A stretch of DNA of 64,000 nt. Source: a virus (Duplodnaviria; Caudoviricetes). A model generated the notes under the pieces. It did not search any database. It worked only from the letters and a program-made list of their open reading frames with translations, and was not told where the DNA came from. Both the position numbers and the translations under genes were made by a program. Shown piece by piece: positions 55,397-64,000 of the stretch (position 1 is its first letter; the number at the start of each line of letters is the position of its first letter). The stretch lies in the IMG/VR virus record IMGVR_UViG_3300007770_001239, positions 9,230-73,229 of that record. The stretch is one strand, 5' to 3'.

Positions 55397-57324
55397 TGCC
55401 CACAACACAACGAGTACTAAGTGGTAGCAGAACGCAAGGATCGACAGCTACACCTACAGGGTCTATTATCTATTCATATCAGGGGATTTACGCCAAGTCA
55501 GATGCGTCTTATTTTGGAAGCTTATTACCTCGTATAGGCTCGGGAGATCGTACCAAGCTGTACAAGGGATCAAAGCCAGCTGCTGATACGCCATATGATG
55601 ATTCAATCTCGATGAATAATGATACTGCTGATATGCCAGGCGGCGAGGACGCTCCGCTGACTGTAAGAATCAGTTTTGATTTAGAGCGTATGACGATCGG
55701 TCAAGCACCGACAACGCAACAAGGCGATAAGTTCGTAGATATTAACGGATTTGATCCCGTAACATATCTTCATGACCCGGGCACGATCATGTGGCCTGTC
55801 AATCTATGGAATTTAGGCTCGCTTCCAGAGGAGACGTTTAATGGTGTTATTGAGCCTCTTGATATTAGAAGAGAAATTCTTGGATTATCAGGAAAATATT
55901 CGGGTCACAAAGTCCGAGGCGCGATTATGGGATCATTTGCTGATTCAGCCCGCGGCGGCCGCAAAATCCGTGATGTCAGGCGTTTGACCGCGAATCCACC
56001 TCAACCATTTTTTGATGGACCGGATCAGGTGAGGTCTCCACCACCACCACCCGGGGGTGAAGCCTGGACAACTGGATCGGTTCCAGTTGCAGCAAGGCTT
56101 GCTCAACCAACGCTATCGGCTAGCGCTTGGACTGATCCTACTTCAGTGCAACCGCTGCAGTCATATCAGGGTCTTTATGATGAGGTGGAGGCTCCCTTTA
56201 TTGATAGAACCTACTTCGACGTGGTCTATTCTAAATTAAGCGAGCATAATCCTCAAGGTTTTCGTGATATAGCCGCCGGTCAGGTAGGGGTTTATAATCT
56301 TACAGAAAATTGGTCTACGGATACCACTCCGCCGTTTTTGTACGTACGTAAAGACACTCTTGTGACCTGGCTACGAATGAAGGCAGATGTAAGCAGTACG
56401 GGAAATATGCCGAATAATGCATATGACCCTGTTACAGATTTTGAGGGAACGTTTGACTCCGCGAGTGAGCGACCTGGGTACGTCACCAACACCTACCCGG
56501 GCACGCCCAACGCGTACATAGCTCCCGCATGCGCAGACTTCGACGGTGTTGATGATATAATGAAAGTGGATGGGGGATCTGGAAATGATACTTGGAATGA
56601 CTTGATTGGTGGATCATACGCAGGTAACGACTTGAAACCATGGTCACTTTCAGTCTGGATTATGGTCGATAACTTCGATTCAGATTCAAATCATTTTATA
56701 TTCAATGCAAGCTCGGCCGATTACGCAAATTCCGCAGGGGTTTCGATCAACAGAACTACCAACAACGCCGACGAGTATGTTGGTTCAGTCAGCGCTTTTA
56801 GATACGGAGGCGGTAGCTGGGTTAGAAATGGTGCCACTTCAACGGCTGGTTTGATTACGGCTGGGAACTGGCATCATGTCGTTGTCGCCTATGCAGGAAC
56901 GTTTAACCCCTCCGGCGACGCCCCGGAACAGTTTAGCATTTATGTTGACGGTGTTTCATGCAAATCAGGCGAAACCGGTTACGATCAGGTTGGTGATGCT
57001 CCAACAGATTTTTCTGCAAATTATATTCATATCGGAGGTTCTCCCTCATTCGGTGGACGTGATTATTTTAACGGAAAAATATCAGATGTAGCAATATGGA
57101 GCAGGGCCTTGAACCAGAATGATGTTACAGCTTTATACAATATGGCGACATACGGACCAGACTCCGCAGACCAAAATTGGGTTATTGTAGAAGAAGATAT
57201 GACAGCTCGCTTACGAGTGATGAGTTCATCCATGAACGAATCTATAGACCCGCTTAACGAGCGATCAAACCATGGATTTTACTTTGGGAAGAAAGCTGGT
57301 TCAATTGTGTATGGTGACTGGTAA
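55396..57324 (+). CDS. Virion structural protein with a C-terminal LamG/ConA-like lectin domain
   Basis: DFDGVDD, WSLSVWI, WHHVVV, IYVDG, FNGKISDVAIWSRALNQNDV. Confidence 0.72.
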   Translation: MPTTQRVLSGSRTQGSTATPTGSIIYSYQGIYAKSDASYFGSLLPRIGSGDRTKLYKGSKPAADTPYDDSISMNNDTADMPGGEDAPLTVRISFDLERMTIGQAPTTQQGDKFVDINGFDPVTYLHDPGTIMWPVNLWNLGSLPEETFNGVIEPLDIRREILGLSGKYSGHKVRGAIMGSFADSARGGRKIRDVRRLTANPPQPFFDGPDQVRSPPPPPGGEAWTTGSVPVAARLAQPTLSASAWTDPTSVQPLQSYQGLYDEVEAPFIDRTYFDVVYSKLSEHNPQGFRDIAAGQVGVYNLTENWSTDTTPPFLYVRKDTLVTWLRMKADVSSTGNMPNNAYDPVTDFEGTFDSASERPGYVTNTYPGTPNAYIAPACADFDGVDDIMKVDGGSGNDTWNDLIGGSYAGNDLKPWSLSVWIMVDNFDSDSNHFIFNASSADYANSAGVSINRTTNNADEYVGSVSAFRYGGGSWVRNGATSTAGLITAGNWHHVVVAYAGTFNPSGDAPEQFSIYVDGVSCKSGETGYDQVGDAPTDFSANYIHIGGSPSFGGRDYFNGKISDVAIWSRALNQNDVTALYNMATYGPDSADQNWVIVEEDMTARLRVMSSSMNESIDPLNERSNHGFYFGKKAGSIVYGDW

Positions 57325-60300
57325 TGAAAGATAATAAAATATTCATACATGACCTTATAGATGGGGTTCCCACAACTTCGGGTAAGGGTGTAAAATACGT
57401 TGAGACTTTATCCTACGTTCGGTTTAACAAATTCTTACCTGGAACAATATCAAGGTACATAAACGATTTAGCAGATTCTGAGAACCCGTATACAGCAGTG
57501 AAGGGTATTAGCAATGAAGGTGGACGTTTTGACGAGACTGCAACCCAGATAGTCGGAGTCTCTGGTGATGTCTTTGCAGGTCGCGCTTTTACGGATATGA
57601 ATCTTGCTGGCTCTGCTATCAAGTCCGAGTCGCGGTATACTGATCGTGTTCTATCTTTGGGATCGGCATATCTGGGTACGAGTATCTTTATTGCTAAAGA
57701 AAACGTGACTAATCTGGATCCAAATACAAACGGTGATCTTACATTCATGGTTAGGATGATGCTTGATTCGTCTCGCACCACCGGCGAGCCTGCAGTCACA
57801 CAAAACAAAGCTGTCTTCACCATCGGCGACCCTGTGTCAGGAGTAGCAGCATTTAACATTACTGTACCGTCAGCCCAAACAATAAGAGCAAATCTAGTTG
57901 GTGATAGTGGGACGATGGTGGTATCGTTAACGAATGTTGAGCTCGGTGTGTGGCACACTGTGATGTTTACGATCCAGAATGCCACGTCGCCCAACCGGTC
58001 TATGACAGCTCGCTATTACAAGGTCGGTGATCCAGCTACCAGGGTCTGCCTCGGGTGCCCGCCGGGGGTGCCGAATGCGGGCATCTCGTATGGCTCAGGT
58101 AATCCAGGTACATTAAAAAGTTTAGATAACCCAACGCTATACGTCGGTTACGGCGAATTAGCGGGCGGGGTGAATACCGCATTTAGTATAGCGGACTTTG
58201 TTTCAGGAGTTCATCTTGCTGAGTTCGCCGTTTTTCGCGGAAAATTGGAAGAGGAGACGATGGGACTAATCGCCCAGTCTCACTTAAAAGTAAATCAGTT
58301 TAGTTCTGGAATTAATAGCCGTCCAGTAAAGAAAGTTCAACAGTTCTTTGATTCGATGACGTCGTACCCATCGAATCGACGTAACACCGGCGAGAGATTA
58401 ACGAATAAGAATGTTGCAGCATTTGACTCCACAAAGGAGCCGACATTCGGAAAGTGGGTAAGCGGCTCAAGCCAGCCCGACAATCCACGGATGATGCTAT
58501 ATCCAGAGATGATACCAGCCGATTTATATTCTGGATCCGGCGGATTTTGGTACAACGGTTCGTATAGTCCATATTTTAAGTACGATGGCGTCCGCCCCGG
58601 CATCCGGGGTAATCCCCAGCAAGTAGCTGGTGAACCTATCTCTACGTCTCCAACGTTCGGATATAGAGACTTTACTCGTACTCCTTACGAGAATCGATTG
58701 GTCACCACCGGTGCGATTGTCCCGGGAGCGATGAGTCTGGAAACAGAGCTTCTCAATACAGTCACGCATGAAAATGTTGGTTCGAATTATTACACGGCCT
58801 TGGGCGGCCGCATAAAACCCTTTGATGACAACCAAGGGGGAGATGCCCTCGTTATCAATAAGCGGGTATCGGACTGGCCTGAATTTGACCAGAAGCTTGG
58901 TGATGTCGTCGCGATTGAGATCCCAATCCCCACGACAGCAGACTGCAAGATGGGCGTTGATGAAACCCAGGGTCGTATCGCATCGATGGCATATTATAAT
59001 TTCACGAATGCTAGATGGGATCGAATTGGCTTTATGCCGGGTATATCTGGCTCAAATATGGATGCCGGCAAATCGAACCCCCACGTATCCTTTACGGGCG
59101 AGAGCCCGGTACAGAGTTGGAAGGCCGGCGGTGACCCCGCGATGACGCTGATTGACTCGGATGGTAAATTCGCCGGTATGACGAATTGGGCAGAAGATGT
59201 CCGTTCGTTCCTTGTTAATTCATGCTCAATAGGATTTTCAGGTACGTCTGGTTTTTCAATCCTTGAAGATGAGTTCGAAATTGCATTGGGCGAGTTGCCC
59301 CTTAGGGGAAGACCGACTTCAACGTACGGTTTCCCACACACTGATCAGTACGTTGCAACAGACGATCAAGGGATCAATATATCCGACTATATCGATGCAC
59401 CTTTTCTCCTCCAGAGGATTGCGGTTGAGATTGATGGTGAAGTTGAAGAGTCTGGGCCAAGTTCATTAGCAACAATGATCAGGTCTCGAGGAAAATGGAA
59501 GGCCATGGCGGGCCCGGGCATCACCACCGCGGAATGTCCCGGCGATGGTATGCCCGAATGGAAGATGCTCACGTGCGGGACCCCCGGTGTTGAGCAGTTT
59601 TTTGCGGCAGGTGGGGCTGATGGCTCCTCCACCGCGTCGCAAGTCAGGCTCGGAAAAGGATTATTCCATAATTATCCATCTTTTGTCGGTGGAAGCTCTC
59701 GTCCTGCCACCGCTGACCTCACTACCGCTGCCACCGACAACTTCGCCACTATCGGTTACGCTATAACGAATCAAGCTAATTCTGGCAACACACCATCGAA
59801 GAACACAAACGTTTATTATGGAAAACAAGAACCAAGCGACTCCGACGGTCTTAGCATACCTGCAAGAATATTCATACCACAAATAGCGTTTAGGGATACT
59901 CCTCAACAACGTCGCCCCACTGCTCCAGACCGCGAAACACCCGACAACGGAGGGCCTCTACAGAATTCAATTAAATTATTATTTGGTGGAATTTCTGGTC
60001 ATGTAACAGGGTCATATGGGGGTGGCCACGCCTATGATATCGCTGGGTGGAAGGCTACTTGGGTGACAGGGATTGATCTATATAATTCTGCTGGTGTCGC
60101 ATTAACCGACGATTCTCGTGTCGGTGGCGTGCCATTCTGGAGATGTGATACATTCTTTTTGCTGCGACAATCTCCGGGAAGAGAGCGATTCGTTGGGGGT
60201 GACGCAGAAATATATTCTACAAATATTGCCAATAATTTCTCTGATCTTCCGATGTCTGGAGGGTACGTGATGATCGACGCATCCACCTCCATGCCGGGGG

Positions 60301-63300
60301 CAGGCACAGCACTTGAAGCGTGGGGTTACTCCGCGAACCCCTCAATCTCCCCCGTCTTTCAGCGGAACCCGAACCCACCCCGCGTCGTCGCCCTCGAAGA
60401 AACCGTATCTGAATTTCGCGAGTCTACCCGGACTACGAAAAGAGAGTTAATAACGTACGCTCAACTCACTCATTACGGGTACGCTGCTGCTGAGCAAATG
60501 CTCACCGCGAGCATCTTCCCATCTCGGTATTATTATGACGCCGCCCCCGGTCCCAGTAGCTGGACTTCTGCTGGCGGTGTGCTTCAGGCTGGAAACCCTG
60601 CTATGTTATCATCATCTGCCGTGTATACTCAGGCGATGAAGTGGTCCTCGATGGGATATGGCACTACGAACCGGTCCTACAGCCCGACTCCCGGCATCGC
60701 CGAGACGTCAACGGGCGGTCCGCTGTATCGAAAGGAAGACGAGGTCGGTGACATTCATGCGGGTTCCGGAAACGGTTTGCTGTGGAAATTTGTGGAATTT
60801 GCCCAGATCCACACAGAGCGGACGAAAAGGATGGTTAATGCCACCGCGATATCGGCGTCCCATTACGGGGGGGAGCAGGCGAATTTCGCTCCATTTGCGA
60901 GGGATTGTGAAGAGCTCACGGAAAAATGGACCGCGGTGTCATGGGACTGGAGATATCAGTGTGGGACAAACTTCAACAACGGTGGCGATTGTCTGTGGGC
61001 CAATGGAGGTAGTGAAAGCAGTTATACTGTAGCTGGCGCCGATAGTGCTGGCAATGCCAACATCAACACGTTTGCTTACGCTGTAAATTCTGCAAAGCGG
61101 TCATCCGCATCCACAACGTATCCCAAGTACGCGATGATCGATCACGCAACGCAACGCTGGCACTTTACTGCGATTCAAAGAGCAGGATTTAGCGTTGTGA
61201 CATCACCCTGCTTACCAACGGTTGAGGGTAATGACGATCATTTCGAAAGGTTTGGGTCTTTTACAAGGGGTGGTCTTTTGGCCACAGAGGGTGGAGTCGG
61301 CGGCTGGGGGAATTGTGGGTCTACAGTCGCCCAGAATATCAATAACTGGTCCCGACCCATTTCATCCTCAAACGCTCCGGTAAAATTTAGCAATTGGCTG
61401 GAGGAAGGTTTGGGACGAGATGAGAATGTTTACGTATCTGCCGACTTCACACACAAGCGGACCGACATATACGGGGGTAAAGCTGGGTTCACAATATTAA
61501 CCTGTAGTTTACCACACGTGCCCTCTGATTTGACTGGACGCTTCAATGGCGACCACTGTATTCGTGGTACATTCTTTGAGAAACGCTTGTTAAATGCTGC
61601 AAGTTTTAGAATAGAGGCCCCTGTAAGACAAAGTCCTGTTATCATTTCTGACAGTTCTCATCTTTTTTGCCATACCACAGCCCCGGGATACTTGCTTCAT
61701 GAAGCCTCCGCTAACTACATCGCCCAGAACGTCGCTGCTCACAGCTCCCTCGATAATGGCTCCGGCTGGCACTTCTACACCACACCTCCTGACGGCATAA
61801 GATTCTCCCTATACCGTAAATGGTGGCGCTGTATTCCACGAACGAAAGCGTGGATAGGAGATGTTGGTTCTGCTAACTCAACTGCTGGAGTAGGGGCCCC
61901 ATCATCGCTTACGTCAGGGCGCAGGTTTTTTGCCTCAATGGTATCTGATAAACCACTCTATACTGGATCTTTACCATCAGACCTCCCGGGTCCAGCAGCC
62001 TTTTTGAATCCATATGCTAGCGGTCTCTATCCGAAGCCGGATGCCGCGGCAAACGGCACCGGAAAAGGTAAGGGCTTCGGTTTCAGGGATCGAGAAATGG
62101 GCGGTCCATCCGGACTGCTTTCATCGTCAGTGGGTTCCGCGGCTGAGAGGAAGTCTATGTATCTATTACAACCAGGCGACAAGCTTACTTTTGGTTTCCA
62201 GCCGTCGCTGCACGGTAGTAATCGCGGTAATAATACAATTCCCTCAAATCCGAATGTGAATCCTTATGGGCCCTGGCGTGATGGTGTGTGGCAACGAAAT
62301 GAGATTCTCACTGGAGCAGCGAATTACAACTATGACGCTGAGACTGTACTTTCTCGCACAGATTCTCGAGGGCAGCCTGGTGGCGTTCTTAGGAACAGAA
62401 GCAACGTTAATTTGGAATCTTTATATGAGCCCAGACAATCGTTCACCATTAAATCCAGCCAGAGCGCAAAGCTTATTCTGTATGGAACGTATGTACAGAA
62501 CAATAGATATGCTCCCTCTTCTACTAGTCAGGAATTAAGAACTAATGCTATACATGAGATGATTTCCGGCGGTCCAATTGTTGATCAATTTCAGACAGAC
62601 AACGCTTCTGCATACAGCGGAAGCTATATAGCAGAACTGGTCACTGGAAGCATATTCCACAACACAAATGACTATGCGTCGATGGTTTCTCGCCGATTTA
62701 CCTCAGGCATTGCTGGCCAAGCCGGCTCACCGGGTGTATGGGCGAACCCTGGTTTACGAACGAGCGGTTCATTCCAGCGTTTTGTTAGAATTCCTGATAC
62801 GTCTGAAGTATTTTTTGATAGCCTTCCACCCAATCCCGCTCAAATGTTCGATCTCGACTTGGCACTTTCGGGGGGATTAAATATTAGCTCCTATGGTCGG
62901 GTAGGCTTTAGTATTATAGGAGCCCAATCCAATGCGAGCAGCACCTACGGAAGCAACATCCGCGGTAACGCTAGGTGGTTACCATCATTTCCGTTTGAAG
63001 CTCGGTATAAGTCAATTAAAAGATCGACCCAATGGCCTAAACCGGGGTTTGGTACAACTGGATCAGCAAGCGACTTGTTTATGATGTCTTCTTCATATGG
63101 TATGGGGCGAGGTAAGAGTCCCTTCACCGCGGTGGAGACCCCTGCCTCCGACCGCCAATCGTTAAGTCCGGCGCAGTATAATTTTGCGGGGACCGGCACT
63201 CACGAACGTGTCGACCCGCGATGGGTCTTGGGGATGCAAGTAGCGGAACCAGCGAATGGCGATCCCACAATATGGTCAAGATATGGCAAGCGAGGACACG

Positions 63301-63812
63301 GCGGCACCTCCACAATCTGGTCTTCAGATGGTACTGCAATCGTGATGGCGGGATTATTCGGTTTTTGGAAGACTCCAACCGGCCGATTCCCAACACTAGT
63401 CTCGAATTGCCCTGATGGGTGGGAGGCGATTGTTGGCACCGTCGCGCCTGCCAGCTTTGCCATCTGTTCACATCCGTCTGGGTGGAAATACGGATTAATG
63501 AATTTCCGTCGTACTGCAACTTCCTCCGTGTATAGATACGATCGATATGGCCAGTTTAGAGATCAGCTTGAGCAGAGAAAATATGGAAGATTCTATGAAT
63601 ACGGTGATGGTATCAATACGGTAGGCCTGCAAGAAGCTGCTGTTACGTGCATCTTCGTAGATTCAGAGGGGGATCCTGTTACAGATCCAGTAACAACGTC
63701 ATGTAATAACCTAAGTCAAGAAATGACATCTTCTGTCCCCTATAAAGAGGGGGAAACATCCAGACCGCCAATACTTACTACTGAACCGATAACGATTAGT
63801 TCTCTAATTTAA
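57324..63812 (+). CDS. Giant virion structural protein (2162 aa) with an N-terminal LamG-like domain
   Basis: LTFMVRM, WHTVMF, HLAEFAVF in the N-terminal part; Gly/Ser/Pro-rich; translationally coupled in the baseplate operon. Confidence 0.65.
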   Translation: MKDNKIFIHDLIDGVPTTSGKGVKYVETLSYVRFNKFLPGTISRYINDLADSENPYTAVKGISNEGGRFDETATQIVGVSGDVFAGRAFTDMNLAGSAIKSESRYTDRVLSLGSAYLGTSIFIAKENVTNLDPNTNGDLTFMVRMMLDSSRTTGEPAVTQNKAVFTIGDPVSGVAAFNITVPSAQTIRANLVGDSGTMVVSLTNVELGVWHTVMFTIQNATSPNRSMTARYYKVGDPATRVCLGCPPGVPNAGISYGSGNPGTLKSLDNPTLYVGYGELAGGVNTAFSIADFVSGVHLAEFAVFRGKLEEETMGLIAQSHLKVNQFSSGINSRPVKKVQQFFDSMTSYPSNRRNTGERLTNKNVAAFDSTKEPTFGKWVSGSSQPDNPRMMLYPEMIPADLYSGSGGFWYNGSYSPYFKYDGVRPGIRGNPQQVAGEPISTSPTFGYRDFTRTPYENRLVTTGAIVPGAMSLETELLNTVTHENVGSNYYTALGGRIKPFDDNQGGDALVINKRVSDWPEFDQKLGDVVAIEIPIPTTADCKMGVDETQGRIASMAYYNFTNARWDRIGFMPGISGSNMDAGKSNPHVSFTGESPVQSWKAGGDPAMTLIDSDGKFAGMTNWAEDVRSFLVNSCSIGFSGTSGFSILEDEFEIALGELPLRGRPTSTYGFPHTDQYVATDDQGINISDYIDAPFLLQRIAVEIDGEVEESGPSSLATMIRSRGKWKAMAGPGITTAECPGDGMPEWKMLTCGTPGVEQFFAAGGADGSSTASQVRLGKGLFHNYPSFVGGSSRPATADLTTAATDNFATIGYAITNQANSGNTPSKNTNVYYGKQEPSDSDGLSIPARIFIPQIAFRDTPQQRRPTAPDRETPDNGGPLQNSIKLLFGGISGHVTGSYGGGHAYDIAGWKATWVTGIDLYNSAGVALTDDSRVGGVPFWRCDTFFLLRQSPGRERFVGGDAEIYSTNIANNFSDLPMSGGYVMIDASTSMPGAGTALEAWGYSANPSISPVFQRNPNPPRVVALEETVSEFRESTRTTKRELITYAQLTHYGYAAAEQMLTASIFPSRYYYDAAPGPSSWTSAGGVLQAGNPAMLSSSAVYTQAMKWSSMGYGTTNRSYSPTPGIAETSTGGPLYRKEDEVGDIHAGSGNGLLWKFVEFAQIHTERTKRMVNATAISASHYGGEQANFAPFARDCEELTEKWTAVSWDWRYQCGTNFNNGGDCLWANGGSESSYTVAGADSAGNANINTFAYAVNSAKRSSASTTYPKYAMIDHATQRWHFTAIQRAGFSVVTSPCLPTVEGNDDHFERFGSFTRGGLLATEGGVGGWGNCGSTVAQNINNWSRPISSSNAPVKFSNWLEEGLGRDENVYVSADFTHKRTDIYGGKAGFTILTCSLPHVPSDLTGRFNGDHCIRGTFFEKRLLNAASFRIEAPVRQSPVIISDSSHLFCHTTAPGYLLHEASANYIAQNVAAHSSLDNGSGWHFYTTPPDGIRFSLYRKWWRCIPRTKAWIGDVGSANSTAGVGAPSSLTSGRRFFASMVSDKPLYTGSLPSDLPGPAAFLNPYASGLYPKPDAAANGTGKGKGFGFRDREMGGPSGLLSSSVGSAAERKSMYLLQPGDKLTFGFQPSLHGSNRGNNTIPSNPNVNPYGPWRDGVWQRNEILTGAANYNYDAETVLSRTDSRGQPGGVLRNRSNVNLESLYEPRQSFTIKSSQSAKLILYGTYVQNNRYAPSSTSQELRTNAIHEMISGGPIVDQFQTDNASAYSGSYIAELVTGSIFHNTNDYASMVSRRFTSGIAGQAGSPGVWANPGLRTSGSFQRFVRIPDTSEVFFDSLPPNPAQMFDLDLALSGGLNISSYGRVGFSIIGAQSNASSTYGSNIRGNARWLPSFPFEARYKSIKRSTQWPKPGFGTTGSASDLFMMSSSYGMGRGKSPFTAVETPASDRQSLSPAQYNFAGTGTHERVDPRWVLGMQVAEPANGDPTIWSRYGKRGHGGTSTIWSSDGTAIVMAGLFGFWKTPTGRFPTLVSNCPDGWEAIVGTVAPASFAICSHPSGWKYGLMNFRRTATSSVYRYDRYGQFRDQLEQRKYGRFYEYGDGINTVGLQEAAVTCIFVDSEGDPVTDPVTTSCNNLSQEMTSSVPYKEGETSRPPILTTEPITISSLI

Positions 63813-63830
63813 TATTTTGGCGGGCGAAAA

Positions 63831-64000
63831 ATGAGCTCAAGTAGAACAGATCTCAGAAAAACTGATTTTCTAGTTATTAGATCTGCAAGAAATAGTGACA
63901 TCGTCAAGATGGTCACACCGCAAAACTTTCAGATCGGTCTGGAAGATGATGACTTTAAGCGTACGCTTGTAGTCCAGGGGATAATCAAGGCCACTGACAA
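63831..64000 (+). CDS. Start of a further structural-module gene, truncated by the window edge
   Basis: Open frame MSSSRTDLRKTDFLVIRSARNSDIVKMVTPQNFQIG... to the end. Confidence 0.55.
   Translation, partial: MSSSRTDLRKTDFLVIRSARNSDIVKMVTPQNFQIGLEDDDFKRTLVVQGIIKATD

Larger units (their letters stand above)
1..64000 (+). mobile_element. Fragment of a large (jumbo-type) myovirus-like bacteriophage genome
   Basis: gp5-, gp25- and gp6/J-like baseplate genes, multi-kb tail-fibre genes (one with a peptidase-S74 chaperone), phage sigma-like factor, PhoH, near-unidirectional dense coding; no ribosomal or housekeeping operons in the window. Confidence 0.88.

Noticed and set aside
56038-56052. (CCA)4 microsatellite as a phase-variation tract
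   Set aside because: An in-frame triplet run encoding PPPPP; slippage would not shift the frame
58000-62300. Visibly higher GC in the giant structural gene as evidence of recent transfer
   Set aside because: Not computed, and plausibly explained by Gly/Ala/Pro-rich composition
1-64000. Giant eukaryotic virus (NCLDV) origin suggested by PMM, SET, GT6 and XPD-like genes
   Set aside because: Bacterial SD and sigma70 signals, coupled operons and contractile-tail baseplate genes indicate a bacteriophage
1-64000. Stop-codon reassignment, programmed frameshifts, introns or inteins
   Set aside because: TAA, TAG and TGA all end full-length genes, and no split or oversized enzymes were evident
1-64000. 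tRNA, rRNA or CRISPR arrays
   Set aside because: Intergenic gaps are at most 183 nt and show no cloverleaf or regularly spaced repeats

Overview
The window is best read as a 64-kb fragment of a large, contractile-tailed (jumbo-type) dsDNA phage. It is very densely coded in the standard genetic code, and all credible genes but one lie on the + strand. Blocks in order: (1) 1-3317, sugar-phosphate/nucleotide enzymes (eukaryote-type phosphomannomutase, cytidylyltransferase-like, cupin, Nudix) around a DinG/XPD helicase. (2) 3339-10288, a cassette of YeaH(vWA)-SpoVR-PrkA, a SET methyltransferase, a membrane protein, a GroEL homologue lacking its ATPase motifs and a YkuK/RNase H-like protein. (3) 10339-13261, small unknown proteins, an Hc1 histone-like protein, a lone minus-strand sigma-region-4 protein and PIN-PhoH. 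(4) 13296-23395, two small paralogues and two giant tail-fibre proteins. (5) 23582-40956, a glycosylation island with 11 glycosyltransferase-like genes including a GT6 (ABO-type) enzyme, heptose enzymes, gmd/fcl, epimerases, a methyltransferase and a 2OG oxygenase. (6) 40960-45712, a PD-(D/E)XK nuclease, two further GT-B enzymes and a phage sigma-like factor. (7) 45712-64000, a baseplate module (gp5-, gp25-, gp6/J-like, and very large LamG-bearing proteins). The most striking unexplained signal is a recurrent hydrophobic-[S/T]-[G/A/S]-S motif that is dense in fibre and outer-baseplate proteins and nearly absent from enzymes. Together with the island it suggests a phage-encoded, sequon-directed virion O-glycosylation system. 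No CRISPR array, tRNA, rRNA, integrase, transposase or reverse transcriptase was seen. All family calls come from motif recognition by eye, not database searches, and all counts are hand counts.
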